A stretch of DNA of 63,983 bases, filler included, from Porpidia crustulata (GCA_964255105.1; 3 parts of 3 records of this genome joined end to end with filler, not necessarily neighbours in it), one strand, 5' to 3'; counted from the first letter of the whole stretch, positions 13,217 to 25,270 are shown. The notes: generated by a model not told the origin, from the sequence alone. Program-made: numbers and translations.

Positions 13217-15024
13217 TTAGTCGGCGTACTGCTCGAAGTCCATGTTGTATTGAGGGTTGTTCAGGAGTCCAAGTAGGTCGGCTGCTTGAAAATCTTCATA
13301 CAAGATGTAATCGAAGTCTTTGTCTATCCTGTCGATGTCGCTGACATTCCGATGCGATGTCGGTGGCGTCTCGTGATTGTGCTGGCGATCTCGTGCATCA
13401 TCCACGTCCAGAGGATGTTGGTTTGAAGTACAGTATGACTGGGATGTAGAAGGGAGGGAGCACATGGGTGTATTTTGGTTGGACATTTGCTTGAAACTTG
13501 ACCTCCTTGACAAATTCATGCTGTGGGTATCAGCAAAATCCGCATGATTATGGGGATCGAGGCTTAATTACCAGCCTTGAGCGCCCACGCCGTTGCGCAA
13601 GACCTCTTTGTAGTCAAAGACCAAGTAGTGATTGGCTGCCAGGCTTTCCCACTGCTTCTGCCGTGACTCTACAATCTGAGAAAAGCTGATCTGAAAATGT
13701 TCTCTTGACGCACGAAAGTGGGCTGTCTTGAGTAATCCGTCAAGCGTCATGTATTCTGCAAGAATTTGTTAGTATAAACTCGAAAGATCGCGACATCGCG
13801 GAGGATAGATACTTTCCTGAAAGAATGAGGAGGGCGAAAGATTGTGCCGCGGTGCTTAAATTCGTGATGATGCCAAAGACCATTCCTGCTGCCGTTCTTG
13901 CATCGCTTGCCCAGTCTTTTGTTCTTGCACGACGACTGGATATTTCCGCCATTTTGTGGTTGACCTGGCCATAGGGTAAGAGATTGGCGAATCAAGGCAG
14001 TGCGCTACCTTACCTGCTTGGCGGCCACTAGGCGAGCTCTTCCTTCATCTCGAACTAATCTCTTCTCCTCCCAACGGAAAACTTCCCAGCTGAGAAGACT
14101 ATATATCATGCCCACGGCGCTGGAGACACTCCCCAGTCGTCCGAGTAGGTTACCAAACTGCTCCATTGAGGTTACAGCCTGAGACGAAGCGCTAGAGTGC
14201 TGATAGAGTCGGCGTATAGTATCGTTGAACTCATTTCTATCCGGTATAATGTTGTCCTTGATCGCCTTGAGCTTTGCTTCCAACTTCTGCGTGCGTTTAA
14301 TCATCGAACAAGGAGCTGACGTCATAGCAGAGCTGTCAAGAAGAAGTGAATCTGTCTCATGTGTTATGTTTGTAGAAATGAGAGACTGCTCTATAGATCT
14401 GCTGGTCAACGGGCTCCCCAGGGTCACAGGTGACTGCTGTCTAGCTTCTATCGTGTACGGGGGCGAGGAGGACTTGTTAAAATTGACATTCAACAATGAT
14501 TCTTGGCCTGGCGGTAGCAGGTTGGTCATGAGTCTATCTGATTTATTGGCAGAGTGAGACGATTGGTTATCGGTGTCCCTTGAAGAGGGCCACGTCGTTT
14601 GCCCGTCGTTTTGCGGTCTACGAGGTTTCTTTGCTACGGGTGTACAGCGCCTTCTCTCCGAACGGTTGACTAAGGAGTGGCGAGAGTGAGATGCATCTCG
14701 ACTAGGGTTCGAAATAGCTGGAGACGGCGAGATGGTCGCATAAGAATCTGCTAAGTGGGTATTTCTGGTGTCTGCTGCTATAGCCTTCAAGGCCGTGACC
14801 CATTCGGCGGGGCAGTCAAAACCTTCGAAGCTGGTCTGGAAAACTTTTGTACCATTGGGGCCAATGATCGATGTGGAGATCTTCACACGTGGGACTGAGA
14901 AGAACGATATTTCCAGGTGCTCGAATGACTCCATCGAGACGGACAACGGGGACATGTGCTTGACCAAGCTCAATTTGAGGTAGGTTATAGTTTGAGCATC
15001 TAATACTCTTAGAGCTGCAGACAA
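13217..15024 (-). CDS. Multi-exon hypothetical protein (possibly pseudogene) between the two PKS genes
   Basis: ORF pieces 15024-14005, 13952-13740, 13750-13568 and 13519-13217 are linked by branch-site/AG acceptors and GTAAGG/GTAATT donors. One needed donor reads GAAAGT rather than GTAAGT. No clear ATG and no recognisable domain; basic KKPRR patch present. Confidence 0.5.
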
Positions 15025-15731
15025 CCTTATAGCATTGTGCCTAACCCGAGTTTACCCATGCATGTCAGAGATTATCTACGTTTCACCATCATATCACTAC
15101 CCGTCTGGGCCATTTCTGCGCTACAGTACGTGTAGTCAAAGGCCATGAAATGTTGTTACATGCATGCTCAAGAAGTTGCGAGGGCTGAAAGCTGAAGTAC
15201 CTACCTTAGCGAGAGTAACTTCAGGGAGGTGAAAGTAATCATGAAGGTCGCCGAGATAAGCATCGTCAAACATCTCGAACCGGTCAGCGATCGAGGGTCG
15301 TTGTTTGGTCGAGAGGCCTATGCATTATCAGAGAACGGCGTCACTTTCCGTTTTCAGAGGATGCGTGAGGCGCCTTCTTACACACGTCGCATGTTCATAC
15401 TCCTTCGCTTGTGCCTCTACCTATCAGCATGGACGCCATACTTACAGGCAATCCTGCAAATGCGCTCAATGTGATCCGAAGAAGTAGGCATGGAGGAATG
15501 GAGGAATTGTGGGTCTGCCACGATGAGCGGTGTAAGGACAGAAAACATAGGTATGGTTTCACGTAAGATACCGGTACCAACTAAAAATAATACCGTAATC
15601 TTTACTGTATCCAAATTGCGTCGCGCATTTGCAGGGCGGCTGGGCGGCTCATAGGTAAGCTACCTTACGCTAGTGCGGCTGATGTGCAGATGAGGTGACA
15701 ACGTCCCTGTCGAAGGTCCGGTTTTTGCACG

Positions 15732-15775
15732 GAGTCGCCAGAGTCGCCAGAGTCGCCAGAGTCGCCAGAGTCGCC
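15732..15775. repeat. 9-bp tandem repeat (GAGTCGCCA) x ~5
   Basis: gagtcgcca repeated perfectly in the inter-PKS region. Confidence 0.9.
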
Positions 15776-16423
15776 AACCAATGACGGAAGAATATAATAT
15801 GCCTTATCAGTACCGTGCCTTGCTGCGGGGCTTTATCATCCCTGAAGTCTCCCTTGAGAGACCAGATCAATAAAAGAATATGTGGCATCGTGAGCAGTCT
15901 CACTTGTCTCTTTGGTCGATGATTTTTGGAGCAGAATTAGTCTTAAGAGTGGAATGTCGAAAAAGGTGAGAGAGATCAACTAAGGGAATGAGTCGGTGAA
16001 TGCCGATGTTTTTCTTGGAAAAAGATTCCTCATATCTTATGAGCATGCGTATGCTTTCGCTGCAGGCAAAATATAGGTTGTTGTAAGCCTTGTGTTGGAT
16101 TCCTCCGAGCGTACAACATACGGTGAAGACAGTAGATGTGGGATATCTTCTTCGTCCAGCCAATCCTCTTCCTACCTGAGCCCCTGCAGGTTCCTCACTC
16201 AGGACTAATCAAATCCTTCGGAGTGTTACTTTGAAGGAATAATATTTATGGATACATCAACAGTTGCGTGGATTATAGTGAGATTTTCGCGTAGTGATAA
16301 TCGAGTAGAGATAAAGCAAGTATGTTCCCACATGGCTGGTCCAAGACCTCTGGAAGTCACTAGATCCATCTCAAAGCTGTCTCCTACATTGCCGGCTGTC
16401 AAGTCTCAACAAGACAGAACAAA

Positions 16424-19400
16424 ATGGCGGATTTGCAGATGTCACCGACGACGATTCTCCTCTTTGGAGATCAGACAGACTCGTGGGTCAACGGTATCGA
16501 CCAACTCTACCAGCAGGCTGCCTCAACACCATGGCTAAAGTCGTTTTTGGGTCAGCTGGCTGACGTCCTCAATGCGGAAGCAAGGAAGATAACGCTGGAC
16601 CGTGCAATACAAGACAGCCTGGGCCGTTTCTCGAGCCTCCAAGAACTGGCCGACCGATACCGCTACGATACCGACGAACTGGGTGTAGTGCGATGTCTCT
16701 TACTATACACTGTCCGAGTAGGTACCCTACTTCAGTGGGTGAAGCGAGAGCCGCACCTTCTCGGACCACATGCTCGTACTGAATGGCTCGGTATATCTGG
16801 GGGCCTGCTCCCCCTTTCAGCCCTCACCATCGCCAAAGATTTCGAAACCTTGTACGACGCATGTCTAGAGATGGGCCGACTCGTGATGCGAGTCTGCAAA
16901 CTCACTTCGGTTCGATCTCGGGCCGTAGAAGATCAACCGGGTGTGTGGGGTTGGGCGGTGCTGGGAATCTCGCCCAATGATCTCCGCAAGGCGCTGGACC
17001 AGTTCCAACAGAGCGCCGGCATCCCACCCACCAAAAGAGCACAGGTGGGCGTGACCGGAGCCGGATGGAGCACCATCATTGGCCCTCCGTCGGTCTTGCA
17101 ACTTGTGATCAAGCAATGTCCCGCAGTGAGGGGTCTTGCGAAGAATTCGTTGGAGATCAGGGCCATCCAACACACCCTCAACATCTCATCCGCCGAGATC
17201 GACTTCATGGTCGGCAACAACTCGACTTTTTTGGACCGACCGCTCAGATATCCAAACCATCGTCTCTGGGGCATGGACGATCCAGCAGTCCCCTATGTCA
17301 CCTGGGGCCACCAGCTCAGTGCTGTATGCTCGCAACTTTTGTCCCAGCCTTTGGATATCACGCAGGCCGTGGGCAAGCTCGCTTCTGAAATTGAGGGAGT
17401 CGGTGCCGTGAGGGTGATTCAAGTAGGATCTAGCAGCCATACGCCTTACTTGACAAGTGCGTTAAAGGTAGCGGGAAGGAGCGTATCGGTTCTTGATCAA
17501 CGTTCTCTCGAACCTACCGATGATGGAGACTCATCCTCGAAGGCTGATCGTATTGCCATTGTGGGAATGGCCGGACGAGGTCCCGGAAGCGACAATGTAG
17601 ACAAGTTCTGGGACGTCATCATGTCTAAAGAAGATCTGTGCCAGGAAGTCCCCAAGTATCGCTTCAACGTAGACGACTTCTATTGCCCACAGCATGAACG
17701 TGGTGACCAAAGGTGCAAAATGACAACCCGATACGGCTGCTTCATGGACAATCCGGGCCATTTCGATTCACGCTTCTTCCATATCTCGCCTCGAGAAGCA
17801 ATGTTGATGGACCCAGGCCACCGGCAATTTTTGATGAGCACCTATGAAGCCTTAGAAATGGCAGGCTATTCACATGGACAGACAAAGAAGACAGATCCCA
17901 ACCGCATCGCCGCCTTCTTAGGGCAGTGCACCGATGACTGGTATAGCCACAGTCACCCTACACTCGGATGCGACGCGTATACTTTGCAGGGGGTTCAGCG
18001 AGCGTTGTAAGTATATAAGCGCCTTTCGTTTTTTTAAGAGCTTGCGGGTTTGATGCTGTTCCATCTCGTCTCCAACTACTCCAACCTCCTTTTGAACTCC
18101 ATTGTCTTGAACCCTTCTCCTCTCGAGACATATTCGAACCGGAGAAGCTAATTGATTTTTTACGTAGTGGCCCTGGACGGCTTGCCTGGCAATTCAAGTG
18201 GGAGGGTCCGACCTACTCCCTCGATTCGGCATGTGCAGGTACCACAGCCGCCATTCACCTGGCTGCCATGAGCTTGCTGTCAAAGGACATCGACATGGCT
18301 GTTGCAGGAGCCGCGAATATCCTGAGTACGCCCCACTCGTTTACCTCTCTCAGCGACTCCGGTGTGCTGTCCGACACGGGCAACTGCAAGACGTTCCGTG
18401 ACGATGCAGACGGCTACTGCCGCGGCGATTTCGTTGGTGCGGTGGTACTCAAACGGCTGGAGGATGCCGTAGCCCATAATGATAATATTCTAGCAGTAGT
18501 GGCTGCCTCGGGAAGGAATCATTCCGGAAACTCGACATCTATTACCACCTCGGACGCGCATGCTCAGGAGCGACTCTTTCGGAAAGTCATGCGTAACGCG
18601 CAAGTTTCTCCGGATGATATCTCCTTTGTTGAGATGCACGGAACAGGTACTCAAATTGGCGATCCAGCAGAGATGGGCGCCGTGGGCAGCACTTTCAAGC
18701 ATAGGTGCCGTGCTAACGGGCCATTGCCTGTGGGTGGTATCAAGGCAAACATTGGCCACAGCGAAGCGGCCGCCGGCATGGCAGAACTTCTCAAATGCAT
18801 CATGATGTTCCAAAAGGATATCATACCGCCACAAGCGGGTATGCCCCATGCTCTCAACCCGAGATTTCCACCGCTGTCCGAGCTCAATATCGAGATTCCT
18901 TCGGAGCCCAAGGCATTCAACAGGAAGTCTCAGCAGCCGAGACGCATTCTTCTCAACAACTTCGACGCAGCAGGTGGTAACGCATGCATATTACTGGAAG
19001 ACTTCAATCCCGGTCACGAGCAGCATGCCGCAGACCCTCGATCAAACCATGTCGTTGTATCTTCTGCCAGAACGAAAGCCTCCTATCATGCAAACAAAGC
19101 CAAGCTCCTCGAGTGGCTACAGGCAAATCCAGGGGCCAGGATCGAAGACGTTGCCTACACCACGACAGCGAGGAGGATGCACCACCCTTTTAGATTCGCC
19201 TGCACGGTATCGTCGATTCAAGACCTGACTACGAAGCTTGAGGCCTCTGAGACGACCTCATCACCATCAGCATCGTCGCAGCCACCTATCGTCTTCGTCT
19301 TTACGGGACAGGGGTCCCACTACGCAGGTATGGGTGCAGAATTGTACCGCACGAGTCCGGTTTTCCGTGAGACAGTCGATCTGTGCGTGGAAATCTGCGA

Positions 19401-22400
19401 TGGCAACAACTTCCCGCGATTCCTAAATATGATAATCGATGATGGAGTCGACGAGTCCACCAAGAGCACTGCACAGATACAACTGGCGGTCATCACCTTG
19501 GAGATCGCCCTAACTGTCTTCTGGCGATCGATTGGGATAGAAGCTGCTATGGTCATAGGCCATAGTCTTGGGGAGTACGCTGCTCTACACGCTGCTGGAG
19601 TCCTGTCGCTATCAGATACTCTGTACCTGGTCGGCCATCGTGCCCACATGCTCCTGGAGCGATGTGAACCTGACTCTTGTGCCATGCTCTCAGTGTTGAC
19701 TTCAGCAGCGACTGTGAGAGACCACCTCCTTCAGTCTTCTTCTTGTAATGTGGCATGTATCAACAGTCCTAGTGCTACCGTTGTCAGCGGGACTGCCACG
19801 GATTTAGCACATTTCCAAGCATCCATAACGGCACAGGATGCAAAAGTCCGCGTGAAGAAACTATCCATGCCGTTTGCATTCCATTCATTTCAAATGGATC
19901 CACTTCTACAGGATTATGTCTCCCTTGCAGGCGGTGTTACATATGCAGCTCCCAAGATTCCCGTATCATCAACGCTGCTGGCCTCTATTGTCGATGGCCC
20001 AGGTACCTTCAACCAAGACTATCTCGCCCAGCAGACGCGTCAGCCCGTTGACTTCGTCGGCGGACTTGATGCTGTGATGTCAAGGTTGAATAACCCAGTC
20101 TGGCTTGAAATCGGACCGGCAGCGGTTTGCACATCTTTTGTGCGCGCCACCCTCTCCCCGCCCCCGGCCAAGGTCATGCATAGTATGGAGGCTAATACTA
20201 AAAACTGGACATCCATTTCCAAAACCCTCTCGGCGGCTTACATGAACGGTGTTGACATTGACTGGCTTGCACTCCACACACCCTACGAGAGCAACCTCGA
20301 ATTATTGACGCTCCCGGCGTACGCATGGGATATGAAAGACTATTGGGTCAGTTGGCCCGAAAGAGGCAGCGAGAGCGTGCCTGAGAAGTCTAAAGCTGCC
20401 TCATCCGAACCCTTTGTCGCTACATGTGCGCAGTACCTTGTCCAGAAATCCACCTCCCCAAAGATTCAAGTTACTTTCCGAGCCTCAATTTCTGATCCAG
20501 GATTCCTAGCATTCATTGACGGCCACAAAATGCAACAAATTGGCCTTGCTTCCGGGAGTGTCTTCTGCGACGCAGCTGCAACAGCGGCCAAATATGCTAT
20601 CGAGTACGGCGGCAGAAAGGGTGTAACCGCGACTAGCTTAACACTTCACGATCCCGAGCTTCTCGCCCCTTTGACAAAGAAACTTGTCGGCGTCGACGGA
20701 GAACTCGTCACAACAGCTGTCATGGAGAGTTCGTCCTCGGACACCGTCTTGGTTTCATTCAAGGCTACATCGACATATGCATCACATGATCTAGGCTCCA
20801 TCAGAGTCGAAATTCGTAGTCCTGAGAAGACTCAGGCCGAATGGGACCGAGTGTCATACTTCATCAAGGCCAAGATGGATGAGAGGATTAGAGAGGTCAA
20901 AGAAGGTTCAGGCCATAGAATGCAGCCAGAAATCATCTACGCGCTTTTTGCTAATGCGGTAGAGTTCGATTCAGCTTTCAAGGGTATTCAGGAGGGGTAT
21001 CTAGCCAGCGACTTCCAGGAGGCTGCAGCAGTGGTTGTTCTCCCGAATGATCCTCCTGGTACTCGATTTACATTTTCACCGTATTGGGGTGAAGCTCTGG
21101 TGCATCTGGCTGGCTTCATGGTGAACGGAAACCCCAGTCGATCTCCCCATACAACCTTCATTGTGATGGGGTTCGAGAGCACCCAGCAGACGGTCGCTTT
21201 TGAGACCGGAAAACAGTATCTCGCGTATACCCGCATTTCAAGTTGGGAAAAGGACACGGCGTACTGTGACGCGTTTGTTTTCGATCCTGATTCGTCGAAA
21301 TTGGTCATGCAATGTATCAACCTACGGTACCAGGAGCTCCCCAGAGCCACTTGGCGACACATTCTTGAGGGACCCCATGCAGCACCTGGAAAAAGTGCTC
21401 CTACACAGCGCATCCATAAAACGACTGTAGAAGAAATCAAGAATAACGACGCGGCTGAGGAGAGAGAACAAGTATCTCAAGACTTAGAGGGGGAGGCTAC
21501 AGCTGCAGGAGTATTCGATAATATCCTGAACAGCATCTCCAAGTCTACGGGTAGCGACTCTTCTGACTTTACAGATGACACCGTGGTAACCGACCTCGGT
21601 GTCGACTCCATTATGGCCATCGAGATCGTCGCCACCGTGAAGGCTGAATCAGATCTAGACCTACCCGCCTCATTCATCTTCGACTATCCCACAGTTGGCG
21701 ATCTCCGTCGCGCCTTTGGAAGAGAAATAAAGTCCCAAAAGGCTCCAGAGCCCAAGATCAGCTCGACACCCTCCAGTAATGGGGCCTCCACTCCAGAAAG
21801 CACTAAGTCTGACCCTATAGTAAGGTCGGAATCAGCATCGTCCTCGGGCTCGAGCATGGTGCACATCAATGCGGGCATATCGACTCCAGAGGTTAACGAG
21901 AACACCAAGCGACGGGAGATACCATCCAATGACAATGTTATTGACACCTCGCCCGCTCCCACCGTCAGAATTACGCTGCTGCAGGGCCGTCCGAGCTCTG
22001 GCAAGACTCCTTTCTACCTGATGGCCGATGGTACAGGGTCCATCGCGACCTACATCCACCTGCCACCTTTCAAGTCCAAGATGCCCGTCTATGGTGTCGA
22101 GTCGCCCTTTCTCCGATGTCCGACCAGATTGACCAGCCAAGTTGGTATTACGGGAGTGGCCCGGCTTATCGTTGCTGCGCTGGTAAAGGCTCAACCCAAG
22201 GGGCCGTTGTTCATCGGCGGCTTCTCGGCCGGCTGCATGATCGCGTTCGAGGTCTCCCGACAATTGGCCGCGGCCGGCCGCAAGGTGGATGGTCTCGTGC
22301 TCATCGACCTGTGTTGCCCGCGACCTACGCTACTTGACGAGGCCGCAATCAGGGAAGAATCACAGGTCGGCGTGGCAGTCTTCGAGGCCGCCGTGGCTAA

Positions 22401-22833
22401 AGATGGCCTGTGGAGCGCAGCAGCTACCACGGATGAACATTTGAGTGCATACTTCGTGGCCATGAGGTTGTACAACCCGCCTGCGATGACCGTCGAGGAG
22501 CGACCTGCCAGGACAGCGGTGATCTGGGCCGAAAATGGGTTGATCAATCATGTTGCCGGCGACCCCAGAATGATGAAGATGCTGGTAAGCGAGGGGATTC
22601 CGACCAAGGCTTATCCAGGCTACATGGAGGATCCCAAGCTGTCGCCGATGGCGTGTCTAGTTCCGGATAAGACGAAGGCAGATCTAGGGCCGAACGGGTG
22701 GGATAGGTTTGCTGGAGACGTGTTGGCGCTGTCTGTGGGTGCAAATCATCTTGAGCTGCCTATGCCTGGGCACGTACATCTGCTTCATGCGCAGTTGCAA
22801 ACGGCGTTTGAACATTTTGACGCCTCGAGTTAG
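16424..22833 (+). CDS. Non-reducing iterative PKS (SAT-KS-AT-PT-ACP-TE), ~2082 aa, curvularin/DAL-type (CurS2/Dhc5-like)
   Basis: Single intron 18007-18167 splices in frame. SAT GISGG (Ser nucleophile), KS DSACAG/EMHGTGT/GHSE, AT GHSLG, PT DGHKMQ..WGEALVHLAGF, ACP DLGVDSIM, TE GGFSAG..LIDL..ANHL. Confidence 0.95.
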
Positions 22834-23246
22834 GTTATGCTATAGATTGCTATCTTTTTCCCTATCATCCTAGTAAGGCCAACTATGTCTAGCTCTTAGA
22901 AAGCGTGTTTAAGAGAAAGCTGCCTCCTGGAGGTGGGCTTACACAATTTACGAGTTGCAAATCTGATGCAATTCCTTGGCGATTAGTAGTAGCCCCAAAA
23001 CTACGAGGCTCATTGGCACAAATAGGAGCGTTCTGGCTGTCAAGCGCAGACACCCCCGGGCACTTGGTCTATAGCCAAGCTGTTAAAATTAACATCCTGG
23101 CTTGTCTTCCATTTTCTTTAATTCTCGCTTACTTTATTAATTAATATAATATAAAATATAATATAATATATTTAAAAGAAAACCTTTAAAAAAGGGTCCC
23201 ACTAACCGTACACCCTCTTTGCCTACTCGTACACCCCCCCAAATGG

Positions 23247-23346
23247 NNNNNNNNNNNNNNNNNNNNNNNNNNNNNNNNNNNNNNNNNNNNTTAATTAATT
23301 AANNNNNNNNNNNNNNNNNNNNNNNNNNNNNNNNNNNNNNNNNNNN
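23247..23346. other. Artificial assembly linker (N44-TTAATTAATTAA-N44)
   Basis: Exactly 100 bp, with a core giving stop codons in all six frames; an identical copy lies at 46567-46666. Confidence 0.97.
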
Positions 23347-23354
23347 GGGTTTAC

Positions 23355-24070
23355 GTGATGTAGTAGGGGATAAAGGTCCAGTAGCCGCATTGGTCGGCGG
23401 CGTTGATGGGTTTGGTGTTGGTATTGGCGGTGCCTTTGGATGTGGTGGTGCTGTAACTCCAGCTGGCGCCGAGGTTAAATCCGATCTTGAGGGCTTCGAG
23501 GGTCGGCGCTTGGCCCCCGCGTGCAACGAGGATGTTGTCTTCGTCGGGAATGCTATCGAAGTCGAAGTCGTTATTGCCTTCGTCATCGCGTTTGCCGAGG
23601 GTCAGGCCGACGCTGAACTCGTAGGTGTTGGTGACGGCAACGGAGACGCTGTTTTCGATCCTGCACGACGAGTCGCTGGCCGAACAGTGGGTGCGCGGGA
23701 AGGGGACCTCTCGGCCGTACGACCAGCTTTGTTTGACTTCGCAGTATTGGACGCACTGGGGAAGGTGTTAGAACGGTGATGACTCTTTTGAACGACAGAG
23801 CGTAATGGTGCTTACGCTGTTGTCAAGGCTCAATCCCGGACAATCACCCTTGGCATCCATCTTGATCTTGTGAGGGCATTCATAGACATCCTAGATAGTA
23901 TTAGACTGAGAAGACAACGAGGTATAGATTTTTATTCCGATAACACATACGACGTATGGCGGTCTAGTGTCGGGGTTCATGCAGGAAGCATTATCATCTC
24001 TTTCAGCCAAAGTGGGAATGACGACTGCTGAGACGGTCCCGACGCCAGCTAATAGCAATGGGAGAAGCAT
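23355..24070 (-). CDS. Secreted Cys-containing protein with Ser/Thr-rich beta-hairpin pattern (candidate aerolysin/ETX-MTX2-like fold), truncated by the gap
   Basis: Exons 24070-23951, 23890-23816 and 23755-23355 with canonical GT..AG introns give MLLPLLLAGVGTVSAVVIPTLAERDD..DVYECPHK..CVQYCEVKQSWSYGREVPF..SVSVAVTNTYEFSVGLTLGKRDDEG..IGFNLGASWSYSTTTSKG..CGYWTFIPYYI. Confidence 0.8.
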
Positions 24071-25270
24071 AGCCACTCAATCCTATCAATAGATAATAAA
24101 TTGAAAGATCGATATGTTAAAATAAATAGAAGAAGAGATGTCGATACGAGCGATACTGTAGTAAGGTAGGTACTGACTGACTTCCACACCAACTATCGAC
24201 GTGGACGAGCGTCGTCTTATACATTTCGAATACAAGTGTGAAGTAGGTTTTCTAATTACCTCATTAGGCGTGCACAATGTTGTTCCACACCTAGTCTCCT
24301 CACTAGCAACGAGGCTGTATATGCCAAGGACTGCGATATGGCGTGAGCAGATACCCATTCACTGTAAGAACCAAACTAAAACGACATGTCGAATCACCCA
24401 AACAGTACAGCGGAAATTGCAGTTCAGATCAACGACGATAAAGAAAAGAGGCTCCAGCTGAGTCCGGTATAAAATGGAGGGATGAGCCTCAAACCATCAT
24501 GTCTTCAGGCGTCCCAGGACCCTCCAGTCCAATTTGGGGATTGGGAGGCCTAAGGCCGATGATTCTAGCCGCGACTTGATGAAGACGGCTTGAAACGAAA
24601 CAACCAAACTTGTGCTAGGAGAACATATCAGACTCCTTCGGACAGGCGCGCTTGTATACCTGCTTCGGAACCCAACATCTTCGTACTGATTGCGCCTCTC
24701 CAAGCTTCAGTGCTCATCTTACAACCACAAATTCAAAGGCTGCATCATAAGAAGATACGTTGGTGAGCTGAATACTGCGGCGACACAGGAAAGGGCCAAC
24801 TCGACCCCCTTCTGGTCCGTACTCGATTGTTCGGATCTCGAGGCCCACTGCTATGGTGAAAGCCCCATTGAGGATGTAACGACAAGCGAAACACCGCACG
24901 AAGATGGGGCTGACATTGCCCCCTTCAGCCTTGGGGGCTGAAACACCCGCTCAGATTAGCGAGAAGCCACACCCGGCACCTTCCCGCTCCAACTCTCATT
25001 CCAGCCCAGCACGCCTAAACTAGTGGGATTATCAGATATGGTTTGGAACATCTATATTGTCCTGCTCTGAGGCGGGTGCTGATTTACGGATAACAGTGAA
25101 GGAGAAAGGGGATTTATAGAGATGAAGGAATCGGCACTGCTGTGGGCGTGAAGGAGAAATGTGATCAATGCCGCTGGCGCGGTTGCTGATCGTTTATGAG
25201 GATCGAAGATCACAATTACTTGACTGCGAATACAGTAACCGTAAAAAATTCCGCCCAAGATTCAAAAAGT

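Noticed and set aside
5199..22744. Numerous short antisense or alternative-frame ORFs within the PKS genes
   Set aside because: They are shadow ORFs expected from GC-rich codon usage.
16424..22833. Assignment as a zearalenone/hypothemycin/radicicol (RAL) synthase
   Set aside because: The domain layout fits, but the PT residues (Glu dyad partner, Phe, Tyr, Trp) match the curvularin type, and no halogenase, O-methyltransferase or P450 is visible.
23291..23302. TTAATTAATTAA as a biological palindrome or piggyBac target site
   Set aside because: It is embedded symmetrically in Ns and repeated identically at 46611, so it is an assembly spacer.
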